A DNA stretch of 64,000 nucleotides from Octopus bimaculoides. Its lineage: Eukaryota. The position numbers were made by a program, and so were the translations under genes. The stretch lies in the NCBI RefSeq assembly GCF_001194135.2, contig NC_068982.1:131301951-131365950 (forward strand). The letters are read 5' to 3'. Under the pieces are notes generated by a model. That model worked only from the letters and a program-made list of their open reading frames with translations, had not been told where the DNA came from and did not search any database. This document shows positions 13,391 to 25,002 of this stretch, in pieces (within the stretch, counting starts at the first letter, position 1; each line of letters opens with the position of its first letter).

Positions 13391-14615
13391 TGCTGTTTTT
13401 CAGAAAGGTTTGAAAGTCAATATGCTAGTTTCTTAACCCCTAAAACTCTAAGAATTTTGTACCTTAACAGGTATTCAGAATCCACATTTTGTGAGAAGCT
13501 ATAGCAGAGAGTCATCAAAATCAAACCTTTTTCATCGTCTTCATCATTTAATGTCCACTTTCTATGCTGGCATGGGTTGAATGGTTTAATAGGGGCTGGC
13601 AAGCCAGAGAACTGCAGCAGGCTCTGTTGTCTGCTTTGGCATGGTTTCAACAGGTGGATGCCCTTCCTAACGCCAACCACTTTACAGTGTACTGGGCGCT
13701 TTTTATGTGGCACCAGCAGGGTTACCTAATACCTTGCAAAACAAAGACCCCTCAGAGAGGGAGTGGTATTGAGGGAGATGGCTTTGTGTGAGTTGAGAGG
13801 TTAAAGTATAACTGAGGTATAGAGATAGGTGTCTTACTATAGAGGGGATACTTGGTTACCCCAGTAGGGACAGGATGGAGAGATAGAGTTGAAGAGAAAG
13901 ATGGAAAGACAGAGTGAGAAAGAGAGAGAAATAGATGATGTTGGAGATGCATCAGGATATACCCACAAGGTACAGTGGGGAGAATATAAGTGGTACAGAG
14001 GGGATGAGGGTATTTCATAAGAGTGTGAGGGAAAATGTTTAGAGATGGGGAAGAGGTGACTGTAGCAAATGATGGTGAGAGAAACTGGTAAACTTAGTGG
14101 GAGAGGGGGGCTACGGTAGATAGGGTTGGGTATGGTAGATGGGGGGNNNNNNNNNNNNNNNNNNNNNNNNNNNNNNNNNNNNNNNNNNNNNNNNNNNNNN
14201 NNNNNNNNNNNNNNNNNNNNNNNNNNNNNNNNNNNNNNNNNNNNNNNNNNNNNNNNNNNNNNNNNNNNNNNNNNNNNNNNNNNNNNNNNNNNNNNNNNNN
14301 NNNNNNNNNNNNNNNNNNNNNNNNNNNNNNNNNNNNNNNNNNNNNNNNNNNNNNNNNNNNNNNNNNNNNNNNNNNNNNNNNNNNNNNNNNNNNNNNNNNN
14401 NNNNNNNNNNNNNNNNNNNNNNNNNNNNNNNNNNNNNNNNNNNNNNNNNNNNNNNNNNNNNNNNNNNNNNNNNNNNNNNNNNNNNNNNNNNNNNNNNNNN
14501 NNNNNNNNNNNNNNNNNNNNNNNNNNNNNNNNNNNNNNNNNNNNNNNNNNNNNNNNNNNNNNNNNNNNNNNNNNNNNNNNNNNNNNNNNNNNNNNNNNNN
14601 NNNNNNNNNNNNNNN

Positions 14616-14630
14616 AAGAAGCCCGTCATA

Positions 14631-14671
<41 letters not shown>

Positions 14672-14880
14672 TCGTGTGTCTGTGTTTGTCCCCCCACCAT
14701 CACTTGACAACCGATGCTGGTGTGTTTACAATCCCATCACTTAGTGGTTCAGCAAAAAGAGACCGATAGAATAAGTACTAGGCTTACAAAGAATAAATCC
14801 TGGGGTCGATTTGCTCGACTCAAGGCGGTGCTCCAGCATGGCCGCAGTCAAATGACTGAAACAAGTAAAAGAGTAAAAGA
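14616..14880 (+). mobile_element. tRNA-head SINE, 3' part (5' part in gap)
   Basis: Reverse complement of the 2972-type consensus, ending GAGTAAAAGAG. Confidence 0.8.
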
Positions 14881-15380
14881 GAGTAGAGTATGCTAAGAAG
14901 TTAAAGACATTACAAGTGGATGGTACCATCTTTTTCAATCAATCAGATTAAACAATACAGGTTTTCTCATAATCTATGCAGATGATTTAGTTGATTAAAG
15001 CAGCTGACACTTTTGACTTGTAATATCTTCTTCAAATTTTAACCATGGTGAAAGAAAGATCTTAACCAATGAAACCTAATTACAATTAAAAGAGAGTCTG
15101 GAGGTGAATTAACAAAAATCCAAAAAAGACGAATGAACAGACCTCTGTGTGACTGTGCAACATGCCAGAAATACCAACCAAATTCCATCAAAATAACCTC
15201 TACCATTTTAAAAAACAGAAAGGAAACATTAAATAATATAATCCTGTACTTCCAAAATGATGACATAGTCAGTGTTGAATTGCATTTGATTCTTGATCTA
15301 TTTGACCAGGGCTGACTTAGGGTTAAACAACAACACAGATTCTAATAACTTTTTGCAGATAAAAAACAATATTTACATAC

Positions 15381-15428
15381 CTTGTATTCAGCCAACCATT
15401 CTTTTACTATTTTAAAAGAAGACATCAT
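15381..15428 (-). CDS. FAM126A: Hyccin (FAM126A/B ortholog, PI4KIIIalpha complex subunit), first coding exon: MMSSFKIVKEWLAEYK
   Basis: The translation matches the hyccin N-terminus (human MFTSEKGVVEEWLSEFK). Phase-0 donor AAG|GTATGT at 15380. An upstream acceptor TTTCTTTTTCAG at 15476 means the exon runs 15475-15381 and includes 5' UTR. Confidence 0.9.
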
Positions 15429-15631
15429 TCCATGTACACTGGTCAGGAGTGACCAATATCAAAATCGGGAAAACACTGAAAAAGAAATTTCACAAATCAA
15501 AGATAAGATTACAGATTTTAGATAAAATTTATGTTCACAAAAAATAAAAAACTGAAATACAAAAATTAAACTCAAACTAACACAAATATGTAAAACACGT
15601 ATGCACAGTATTATAAATGAAAGATGTTCAT

Positions 15632-16346
15632 TATCATCATCATCGTTTAACATCCGCTTTCCATGCTAGCATGGGTTGGACAATTTGACTGAGGACTGGT
15701 GAACCGGATGGCTGTACCAGGCTCCAATCTGATCTAGCAGAGTTTCTACAGCTGGACGGCCTTCCTAACGCCAACCATTCCTAGAGTGTAGTGGGTGCTT
15801 TTACGTGCCACTGGCACAAGGGCCAGTCAGGCGGTACTGGCAACGGCCATGTTCAAAATGGTGTTTTTTACATGCCACCTGCACAGGAGCCAGTCCAGCG
15901 GCACTGGCAACGACCTCGCTCGAATGTTTTCTAACGTGCCAGTAAGGAGACGCTGGTAACGATCATGCTCAAATGGTGCTATTTACATGCCACTGGCACG
16001 GAAGCCAGACAGCTGCTCTGGCAATGATCACGCTCGGAGGGTGCTGTAGGTGCTCCACTGGACCAGGTGCTAGGCATTGAATATGGTTCAATTATNNNNN
16101 NNNNNNNNNNNNNNNNNNNNNNNNNNNNNNNNNNNNNNNNNNNNNNNNNNNNNNNNNNNNNNNNNNNNNNNNNNNNNNNNNNNNNNNNNNNNNNNNNNNN
16201 NNNNNNNNNNNNNNNNNNNNNNNNNNNNNNNNNNNNNNNNNNNNNNNNNNNNNNNNNNNNNNNNNNNNNNNNNNNNNNNNNNNNNNNNNNNNNNNNNNNN
16301 NNNNNNNNNNNNNNNNNNNNNNNNNNNNNNNNNNNNNNNNNNNNNN

Positions 16347-16377
<31 letters not shown>

Positions 16378-17005
16378 CATTTAACGTGCCATCGGCACAA
16401 GTGCCAGTAAGGTGACGCTGGTAACGATCACACTCGAATGGTGCTTTTTACATGCCACCGGCACGAAAGCCAGTCAGCGGCCCTGGCAACGATCACGCTC
16501 GGATGGTGCTCTTAACGTTCCACTAGCACAGATGCCAGTCAAGTGGTGCTGTCATCGGCCACATCAGCAAATTTGATTTCAATTTCACCTGCCTCAACAG
16601 GTCTTCACAAGCAGAGTTTACTGTCCAATGAAAGAAAGATATGCATAAGTGGGTTGGTTACACCACTGGCATAGGCTATGGGTTATGGTCTGACTTGGCT
16701 TGTCGGGTGTTCTCAAGCACAGCATATTTCCAAAGGTCTTAGTCACTAGTCATTGCCTCGGTGAGGCCTAATGTTCGAAGGTCGTGCTTCACCACCTCAT
16801 CCCAGGTCTTCCTGGGTCTACCTCTTCCACAGGTTCCCTCAACCGCTAGGGTGTGACACCTTTTCACACAGCTGTCCTCATCCATTCTCGCCACATGACC
16901 ATACCAGTGCAGTCATCTCTCTTGCACACCACAACTGATGCTTCTTAGGTCCAACTTTTCTCTCAAAGCACTTACACTCTGTCGTGTATGCACACTGACA
17001 TTACA
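15632..17005 (-). mobile_element. 5'-truncated RTE LINE: ORF2 C-terminus, ~1-kb repeat-containing 3' UTR and tail (interrupted by a gap)
   Basis: Minus strand reads LHWYGHVARMDEDSCVKRCHTLAVEGTCGRGRPRKTWDEVVKHDL, the typical RTE C-terminus. The (CAT)n tail is at ~15632. Confidence 0.88.
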
Positions 17006-18419
17006 GAAAAAAAACAGTTGATTTTAGTTGATCATATATTCAGTAATACTCAATATATTTACTCGAAACTTTTACATAATCTTTACAATAGCATGTGATT
17101 TACTTAAACTTTATAACTTTACAATTCCACGATCTTGTAATTTTAAAAAATATTTATAATTTGAAAAAAAAAAAAAAGAACTGGATCCAACAAGGACAAC
17201 AACATGAGCAGCTATATGGGTCAATAGAATTATTGATCCATTTTTTATTGACTAACTTGTCAATTTTGAACAGTATCTTGATATGCTGAAGAAGTTTTGA
17301 CAACAAGTTAAGCCAACCAAATCCTTGTCACTGGATTTGGTAAACAGAAACTGAAAAAAGCCTGTCATGTATGAGTGTGTGCGTGTGTATGTGAATTTGG
17401 TTGTGTGTGTGTGTGTGTGTGCGTGTGTATGTCTTTGTGTTTGTCCCCCATCACCACTTAACAAGTGGTGTTGGTTTGTTTACATCCCAGCAATTTAGCG
17501 GCTCAACAAAAAAAGATACTGACAGAAATATGTACCAGGCATGAAAAAATAAGTACTGGCATTGATTTGTTTGACTAAATCCTTTAAGCTTTAGTTGAAC
17601 AAGTCAACCTCAGTGCTTGAAGCACCATCTTGAAAGTGGTGCCCAAGCATTGCTGTAGTCTAACAACTGAAAAAAGTAAAAGATAAAAGATGGTCTTGGA
17701 TAAGAACTAATCTCCATACAAAATGGTGAGCAATCACAGTTCACAGTTAATTGAATGGAAAATTCCTAGAAAGACAAATGAGCAGCAGATATGCAGTTCT
17801 GCAATGGTTGTTATGGTCTGCTATATTGTCAACTCCCCACTCTGTGATAGTTGCCATAACAAAATCAGTATCTGGTGGTTGATTCAATACCAGTAAAAAT
17901 TTTTGTTAAAAAGTCGCATATTATTATGAAGAATGTATACTTTGAATATTAATGACAATATGATTTATTTAAATTAATTGGTTTATCTTGACCATCAGAT
18001 ATATTGTGAACATATTTATATCACCATGGGGTTGTACACTCAAACAGAAATATATTGTGGGATTTATGTATTTCTCCTTAAGCCAATGTCCCATTGGACA
18101 AGACCAATGCGAAAAGTAATGGTCAAAGTAATGGAGTTGATATGATTGACTAAAATTCTTGAAGGCCACAGTCCAATGACTGAATCTAATTGAAGAACAA
18201 AAAATGCATGAATATTAATACAAAGATTTCTTAAGCTTTAATAATCAAGCAATAAATTAAGCTGAAGTGTTAGGATTAATAGATAATGTTTAAATACATA
18301 AAATTAGGACCAGTGTTTCCTGTATTTCATTATCTGTTTTGTGTTTTAGAATTAGAACACTATAATCATTTGGCTTTTGGACATGTGTATAGTTATAAAA
18401 TGTGAGAGGCAGAGCATTT

Positions 18420-18652
18420 CTTATTTCTTTATTGCCCACAAGGGGCTAAACATAGAGGGGACAAACAAGGACAGACAAACGGATTAAGTCAATTACATCG
18501 ACTCCAGTGCGTAACTGGTACTTATTAATCGACCCCAAAAGGATGAAAGGCTAAGTCAACCTCAGCGGAATTTGAACTCAAAACATAGCGGCAGACGAAA
18601 TACTGCTAAGCATTTTGCCCGGCTTGCTAACATTTCTGCCAGCTGGCCACCA
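18420..18652 (-). mobile_element. Second tRNA-head SINE family (head GGCGAGCTGGCAGAAACGTTAGC...GAGTTCAAATTCC)
   Basis: Related copies at ~57785-58310, ~59255-59410 and ~34250-34380; B-box-like GAGTTCAAATTCC. Confidence 0.8.
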
Positions 18653-21020
18653 TTCTGCAATTTCTGCAATCAATTTTGGTGAACCTTCACTTCCTACATT
18701 AGATTCTTTAATCCATACAAACAGGAGAACTACACCACAAAGTTAATACATTTATCCCTTGTTTTTCACTAAATCTCCTCACCATTTCATATGTGTAGCT
18801 ATTATATATAGCTTCTTGAGTCACCAAAAAGTCAACAAGGTGACTTCATTCAAGAGTATTGCCCTAACCCATGTCCACACAGAACTTTGTTTCTGTGACT
18901 TCCTTCTCTGTAATTATGAGATACTGTTTATCCAACTACCAGGAAAAAAAAGGAAAATTGTTTGTTCCTGCCAATTACTGGTTGTTTGATCTTGGATCAA
19001 ACATATCTAAAACAATAAAAGCAATCATAAATGAGCATCTCTTTCCCACCAATGATTTCCAAAACAGGTTTTGCAAACCCATATGAATGGGAATCCTCTT
19101 CAACATGTATTTGTGGTTTCTTTCCCTTGAGAACTTAGTGAAATCAAAGTGATTGTGCTTCAAATAATGAAAGCTTTCAATTAATTGTAGTACGATAAAA
19201 TACTGGCAAAGCTGCAATTCTAAAATCACAATCAGAAGTGTGAAGGCAAGATGTTTCATCAAAGCATGTCATGAAATTTAGTGATATCACTCTTAAATCT
19301 TTTTTTTTGTTAAATTAATATTTTTCTGCCTGTCACTCTTGACCACCCTAAATTCTTATCTAACCTTCTATGCAGATTTTTTGTTGACTTACAACCCAAT
19401 CATTTCCTTCCAGGCCTGTTCCTCCTCTGTGAACAAATCTATAAAAAAAGTTTTTTAAAAACACCCTGGGAACTTGATAAGCTTGTATCATTCAACAGAC
19501 CAAAGCACATGAATGAAGTATATACTACAATAATCCTCAACAACCTCTCTAGGAGACCAAATTTTACACATAACTAAGATTTTATCATACAGAAGCTACT
19601 TTAATCTAAAGCCAGTGCTAGTCACTTACAAAGCACAACTGCACTATATATGAAAGTACCAGTATATTAGGAATGATGCACTACATATACAGACAGGGAA
19701 TGAGAGAGAAAGAGGCATTCACATTATAGATCAAGTCCAAAATAAGCAGCTAGATATTATTCAGCCACTGGCAAATAATCAATCATTTTTTTCCCCCCAT
19801 ATTTGTCTTTTCTACCACTGCAAAATTAATTCAGTACCACTGAACTTCCTAACTCAAAGCCCTAAAACCCCTTCAATGGCCCCTTATCTACTCTTTTCAT
19901 GTATCCCCCCTCACTTATGAGATGTTATTACTAAACTTTTTACCAAATCCTTCTGCTCTAAAACTTCTCTCAACCTCAAATATTCCTTCTGGTTATTACC
20001 CTACAGTAATTCCAACTGAATATTAACTGCAATAACCTAAGCCATTTATCTCTGAGGTCCTAAAACTGATATGGCCACTGCTTCATCTCCTCACCACACA
20101 TATAATACGAATCATTATTATTTTCATTAATGTCATTTGATATTTATATTATTAAAAAATTTCAGTGAAATACAGCCAAAATTACTCTAAATGAATAAAA
20201 GAAAATATGATAGAAATTTTTTATTCACTTATTTTTTCTAATGATTTTTCTCTTTTTTTTTTTACTTTGTTATAAATGGAAACCAATTCAGGTTGTTTAC
20301 AAATGTCAATCCGATTAGACATTAGACGTGGCTAATCTACAGACAGAAATGGACATTGTAAGTAATACATTGGCATTTGATGAACTGAAAATAGACTGTG
20401 ACCCAAATCAGAATTGATTTTCCCTTTCTTTCTTGCTTTTTCTCCCTCCTTCTCTCTCTTATTCTTCATCTTGCATCATCATAGTAAATGCTGCTACAGA
20501 GGTAAAATGATGTCCCATTTATCAAATCCCAAAGTTAAGATGAAAATTGGGAATTGCAATCTCTGGGATCACAGATCCCATATAATATTTGAGCTTAGAA
20601 ATCCCAAGATTATTATCAAAGCAATTCTAGAAATACAAAACCCATATTAATAAAACAGAAACCCATCTGTTTTCTGTCAATATTAGATGCAGCTATTGAT
20701 AAGTAATACTCAGTGGGCCATGTGCCTGCTTGAAATCATTACAAATCATTTTTCATTATTATATGATTCCATTAAAATCATCAATACTAAGCTTCAAAGC
20801 TGTGACCTCATTCCTTTTAGAAATTATGGGATAGAACAATATCCGGTATAGCATTTTGGTTCAGCTTTCAGTACCATTATACATACATACATACATACAT
20901 ACATACATACACATCTCTGTGTATGTGTATGTATATATATATTATTTGTACATTTGATGCTGAAGCTCAACTATTACTTTTAACTACACTGGAAAACTAC
21001 TCTACATTCACATGGATATC

Positions 21021-21071
<51 letters not shown>

Positions 21072-21932
21072 TGTGTGTGGTATGTGTGTGTGTAATAGAG
21101 AGGAAGAAGAAGAAGAAGAAGAAGAGAGAGATAAAGAGACAACTGGCATTAAAATCTTACTACTATCTAAAAGTATAATAATTTATACACAGTAAAAAAA
21201 ATAAATGAATAAACCTAAAATTGAATATTATAAAGTTTTGTTTTTGTTGTTTCCTTTTTTGGTTTTTTTTTGCTTTGTAGTGCATGTTATTTTTTTTCTA
21301 CATTATCATAGTTAGGTTTTCTTTTCATTTTTTTTTTTTTTTGCTTTCTCATTTAGCAAATTTGGATATTTGCATATTGTTGGAGCAATTATTTTTTTAC
21401 AGCTGGATGATCTCCCTTCCTATCAATAATCACTTGACTGTGAAATATGAGTTTGCTATTCACTGAGCAGAAAGAGGCAAACAATAGTTGTGTGCTTTTC
21501 CTTGGGACAGAACACATTGACTGTAGCAAGGTTTGAACATGGTCAGTAATCAACCGCTTTAATGACTCAGCCATTACTGTTTTAAATTAGAAATATTTAA
21601 AAGTTAAAAGTTCAAATAACATATCTCCAGAATTTCCAGTGAATATAAGCAATTAAGTATTTAATTTACAGTTCAAAAATGTAATAAATTCGTTTGCTGT
21701 AAGAAAAAAGAAAACTTTAATGAATTTCACAGTACCCTCCAATATGCGATAATATTTTCTGATGATTCTGCAAGCTAACTCGGGACCATATACTCCAGAA
21801 ACAAAAGGCTCCACACCATACTATCAATTAATATTGCATTGAGTCAGAAGTTCTGCAATATTTTGGTAACATTTTTGCTTTATTTACATTATTTACATTC
21901 GATGGATATTTGTCCTCATCTTGTTTGTTGTT

Positions 21933-21978
21933 AACACAACGTTTCAGCTGATATACCCTCCAGCCTTCTTCAGGTGTC
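21933..21978 (-). ncRNA. Minimal type I hammerhead ribozyme motif (left arm)
   Basis: GACAC-CUGAAGA-A-GGCUG(GAGGGUAUAU)CAGCU-GAAAC-GUU-GUGUU. Stem I GACAC/GUGUU, stem II GCUG/CAGC, palindromic AACGUU stem III. Predicted cut between 21938 and 21937. Confidence 0.65.
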
Positions 21979-22188
21979 TTGGGGAATTTTCGAACCTGGG
22001 TTCTCATTCCTAAGGTATTCTTCGATGTTGTTGTTATTATTATTATTATTATTATTGTTCAGGTCACTGCTTGGAATCAAACTCAGAATCCGAGTTCGAT
22101 TCCAAGCAGTGACCTGAACAATAATAATAATAATAACAACATTGAAGAATACCTTAGGAATGAGAACCCAGGTTCGAAATTTCCCCAA

Positions 22189-22245
22189 GACACCTGAAGA
22201 AGGCAGCGGGGTGGGGGGGGGGTATATCAGCCGAAACGTTGTTTT
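22189..22245 (+). ncRNA. Minimal type I hammerhead ribozyme motif (right arm, partly degenerate)
   Basis: GACAC-CUGAAGA-A-GGC...GCC-GAAAC-GUU-GUUUU. Stem I has one mismatch and the stem II loop carries a G-run expansion. Confidence 0.5.
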
Positions 22246-22384
22246 AACAACAAACAAGATGAGGACAAATATCCATCGAATGTAAATAATGTACATAATT
22301 ACTCATCTCTTAAATATAGAACTGTACATTTTTGCTTTATTCATCAAGTTACAACAAAAGCAGCCCAGCATTCAAAGTAGAGGT

Positions 22385-22900
22385 CATTATGTTGCACCAT
22401 CTGAAACCACCCTTCTGCCAGTTATTTGATTCCATACTGATACCAGTTCTTGTCCTTTGAGGTGAACATTTCCTTCACTGAAGTTTCCACCTCCTCTTGA
22501 TTGATGAAGTACTGCAAGCACAGGAAATTAGCCATGGATCAGAACATGTAATAATCCGAGGGAGCTAGACCCAGACTGTATGCTGGGTATGGCATCAGTT
22601 CAGTTCCTTCAAGTTCCTGGAGTTTAGTCTGGGTAATTCGAGCAGTATGAAGTCTTGCATTATCTGGCTGCAGAACAGCTCGTTATTAACCAATGTCAGG
22701 CATTTATGCTGCACAATAGCATACATCTATGAGATGCCAAACTTTCCTGATACCCGCCAAGTGCTTCTTGCAAGGTCTGTTTCTATGGCTTGGGGCACAA
22801 CCTCAAAACCCACAATTTTAGGCCTACCTGACCTTGCCTGATCATCGAGGTTCTTTGCAACCCAAGCAAAATTTCTTGAAGCATCTGGTTACTGTATTGT
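22385..22900 (-). mobile_element. Decayed mariner transposase fragment
   Basis: LLQPDNARLHTARITQTKLQEL...PYPAYSLGLAPSDYYMF corresponds to the mariner HDNARPH / YSPDLAPSDY motifs; contains stops. Confidence 0.8.
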
Positions 22901-23199
22901 GGTCAACTGTACTTTCACTTTTGCACAGCAAATGTTTCCACAATACCTAACATTTGTTGGCCTTTAACAGAGTACCACACTCTGTGATTGGGAAGCCCTT
23001 AAGAAAATTAGTTGCCTTTTAAAAGCTTTTGAGAATGTGAAAGCCATGCACAGTAATGCTATCAGTAAGGTGAACGTTAGCAATAAGTTTAGTGAGGATT
23101 TACTGTGCAGACAGGTGTCTATAAAGATTCTGTTCTCAGTCCTCTCCTACTCACTATATTTCTTTAGGCCATAACAGAATTTTTAAGATTGGCTGACCA

Positions 23200-24120
23200 T
23201 GGGAACCCCTATATACTGAAGATCTACTTCTCATAGCAAAATCTATTAAAGAATTAGAGAAAAAAAAATTCCAAATGTGGAAGAAAAACCAAGAATTGGG
23301 AGGACTTAAAATCTAGCAAAAACAAAGGTTTTAATTAAAAGACCTACTGTTACTTGGAAAAGGCTATGTGTGATATTGCAGAAAATGAGTAGTTAAGGAT
23401 ACTGAATACAGCATACTGAATGTGAATTATGGGTGCACAAGAGATACAGTAGGATCACAAGTAACCTAGCAGAAATGAAGGACTTTGTATGTAGCAGATG
23501 GACAAGAGTAAGCAAAACTAATGAATTCTTTCAAATGCTGAGAAGGTTCCCTAGAAGTAATTAGGCAGCTTTAGTTATCTAAATAGCCTAATTAGCAGTG
23601 GATGTAGATGTTCTGAAAATATGGTAACTAGAGTAAAAACAATTTGAGAGAATTATTAAATCTGCAGGCATGAAAGGAAATCTCTCTTTGAATGAAGGGC
23701 AGATTGTATGATGTTTTGTGTGCAATGTATGCTATTACATGATAGTGGTGTGTGGGTATTGATTAAGGAAGAGGTGTGAAAGCTGAAAAGAAATGATGTT
23801 CGCATGCTCCACTAGGTGTGTAAGTATAAATGAAGACCAGTGCACAAATGAAGTGAGAAAAGCTTAGATATAAGGGGATACATTGTGGTGCGCAAGAGAG
23901 GAAACTGTGCTATGAAAGACGTAATTCTTATAGAAGATGACAGTTAGGTAAAGAAACTCTAAGTGATACAAGAGGAGGGAAACTGTGGAAGAAGTGCAAG
24001 GAAAACATGGAAAGTAGTGGAGGCTAATCTGAAGAGATTGATCTTCAATAAAGAGATGACAAAGGATCACAAAAAGAGGCAAGAAGTCATGCTGGAGGAG
24101 ACCTGGTCAATCTATACAAG
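23200..24120 (+). mobile_element. Highly decayed RTE LINE fragment
   Basis: Residual similarity to the RTE copies at 16640-17005 and 40950-41700. Confidence 0.5.
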
Positions 24121-24631
24121 CAGAGAAAAATGAAGATGATGATGCTGATGATGCTAATGAAGGTGGTGGTGGTGGTGGTGTGTGCATGGTCTATTATATT
24201 ATAATTTGCATGTGTATACAGATGTGTACACTCCAAGGATTTGCCTTGACTATTGTACTCAAATGTTTACTTGTTTATGCTGCCCTTGTGGCAATTAAAG
24301 ACAATTATTATAATTATCATTAGAGTTGTGGATAGTAGAAAAATCAATAGAACACCTTTCAAATTTACTAATGTTCTTTCACATTTTAAGTATATCCCTC
24401 CTGTATTGATTTGGCATCTAATTATTCAGGGATTAATAAAATGACTATAAGGCGGCCAATTGACTGAGTTGTTAGAACATCAGCGAGACTGTTTTGTGGT
24501 AATTATTCCAACTCTCTTCTGCCCTCTGAATTCAAAGCCCATTGACATCAACTACTATAGCAGGCCAATGCCTTGTGAGTGGATATGGTAGATGGAAAGT
24601 AAAAGAAGCCTGTTGTGTTCATATATATATT

Positions 24632-25002
24632 ACTCTTTTACTTGTTTCAGTCATTTTGACTGCAGCCATACTGGACCACTGCCTTTAGTCAAACAAATCG
24701 ACCCCAGGACTTACTCTTTGTAAGCCTAGTACTTATTCTATCAGTCTCTTTTGCCGAACTGCTAAGCTATGGGGAAGTAAACACACCAACATCAGTTGTC
24801 AAGCAGTGGTTGGGGGACGAACACAGACACACAATTACATATATACATGACATGCTTCTTTCAGTTTTCATCCAGCAAATCCACTCGCAAGGCTTTGGTC
24901 AGCCCAAGTTTATAGAAGACACTTACCCAAGATGCCACACAGTGGGACTGAACCCGGAACCTTGATGTAGAGAAGCAAGCTTCTTACCACACAACCACTC
25001 CT
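24632..25002 (-). mobile_element. tRNA-head SINE copy
   Basis: Same consensus as 2972-3368. Confidence 0.85.

Larger units (their letters stand above)
21879..22325. mobile_element. Palindromic retroposed element (Penelope-like terminus or SINE) with two hammerhead motifs and a 16-bp TSD
   Basis: Arms 21879-22084 and 22092-22298 are near-perfect inverted repeats around a 7-nt spacer. ACATTTTTGCTTTATT is directly repeated at 21869-21884 and 22326-22341. Confidence 0.85.

Noticed and set aside
18975-19262. 95-aa minus ORF and a protein-like alternative frame (KGKKPQIHVEEDSHSYGFAKPVLEIIGGKE)
   Set aside because: No recognisable family, no convincing splice sites, and stops flank the frame.
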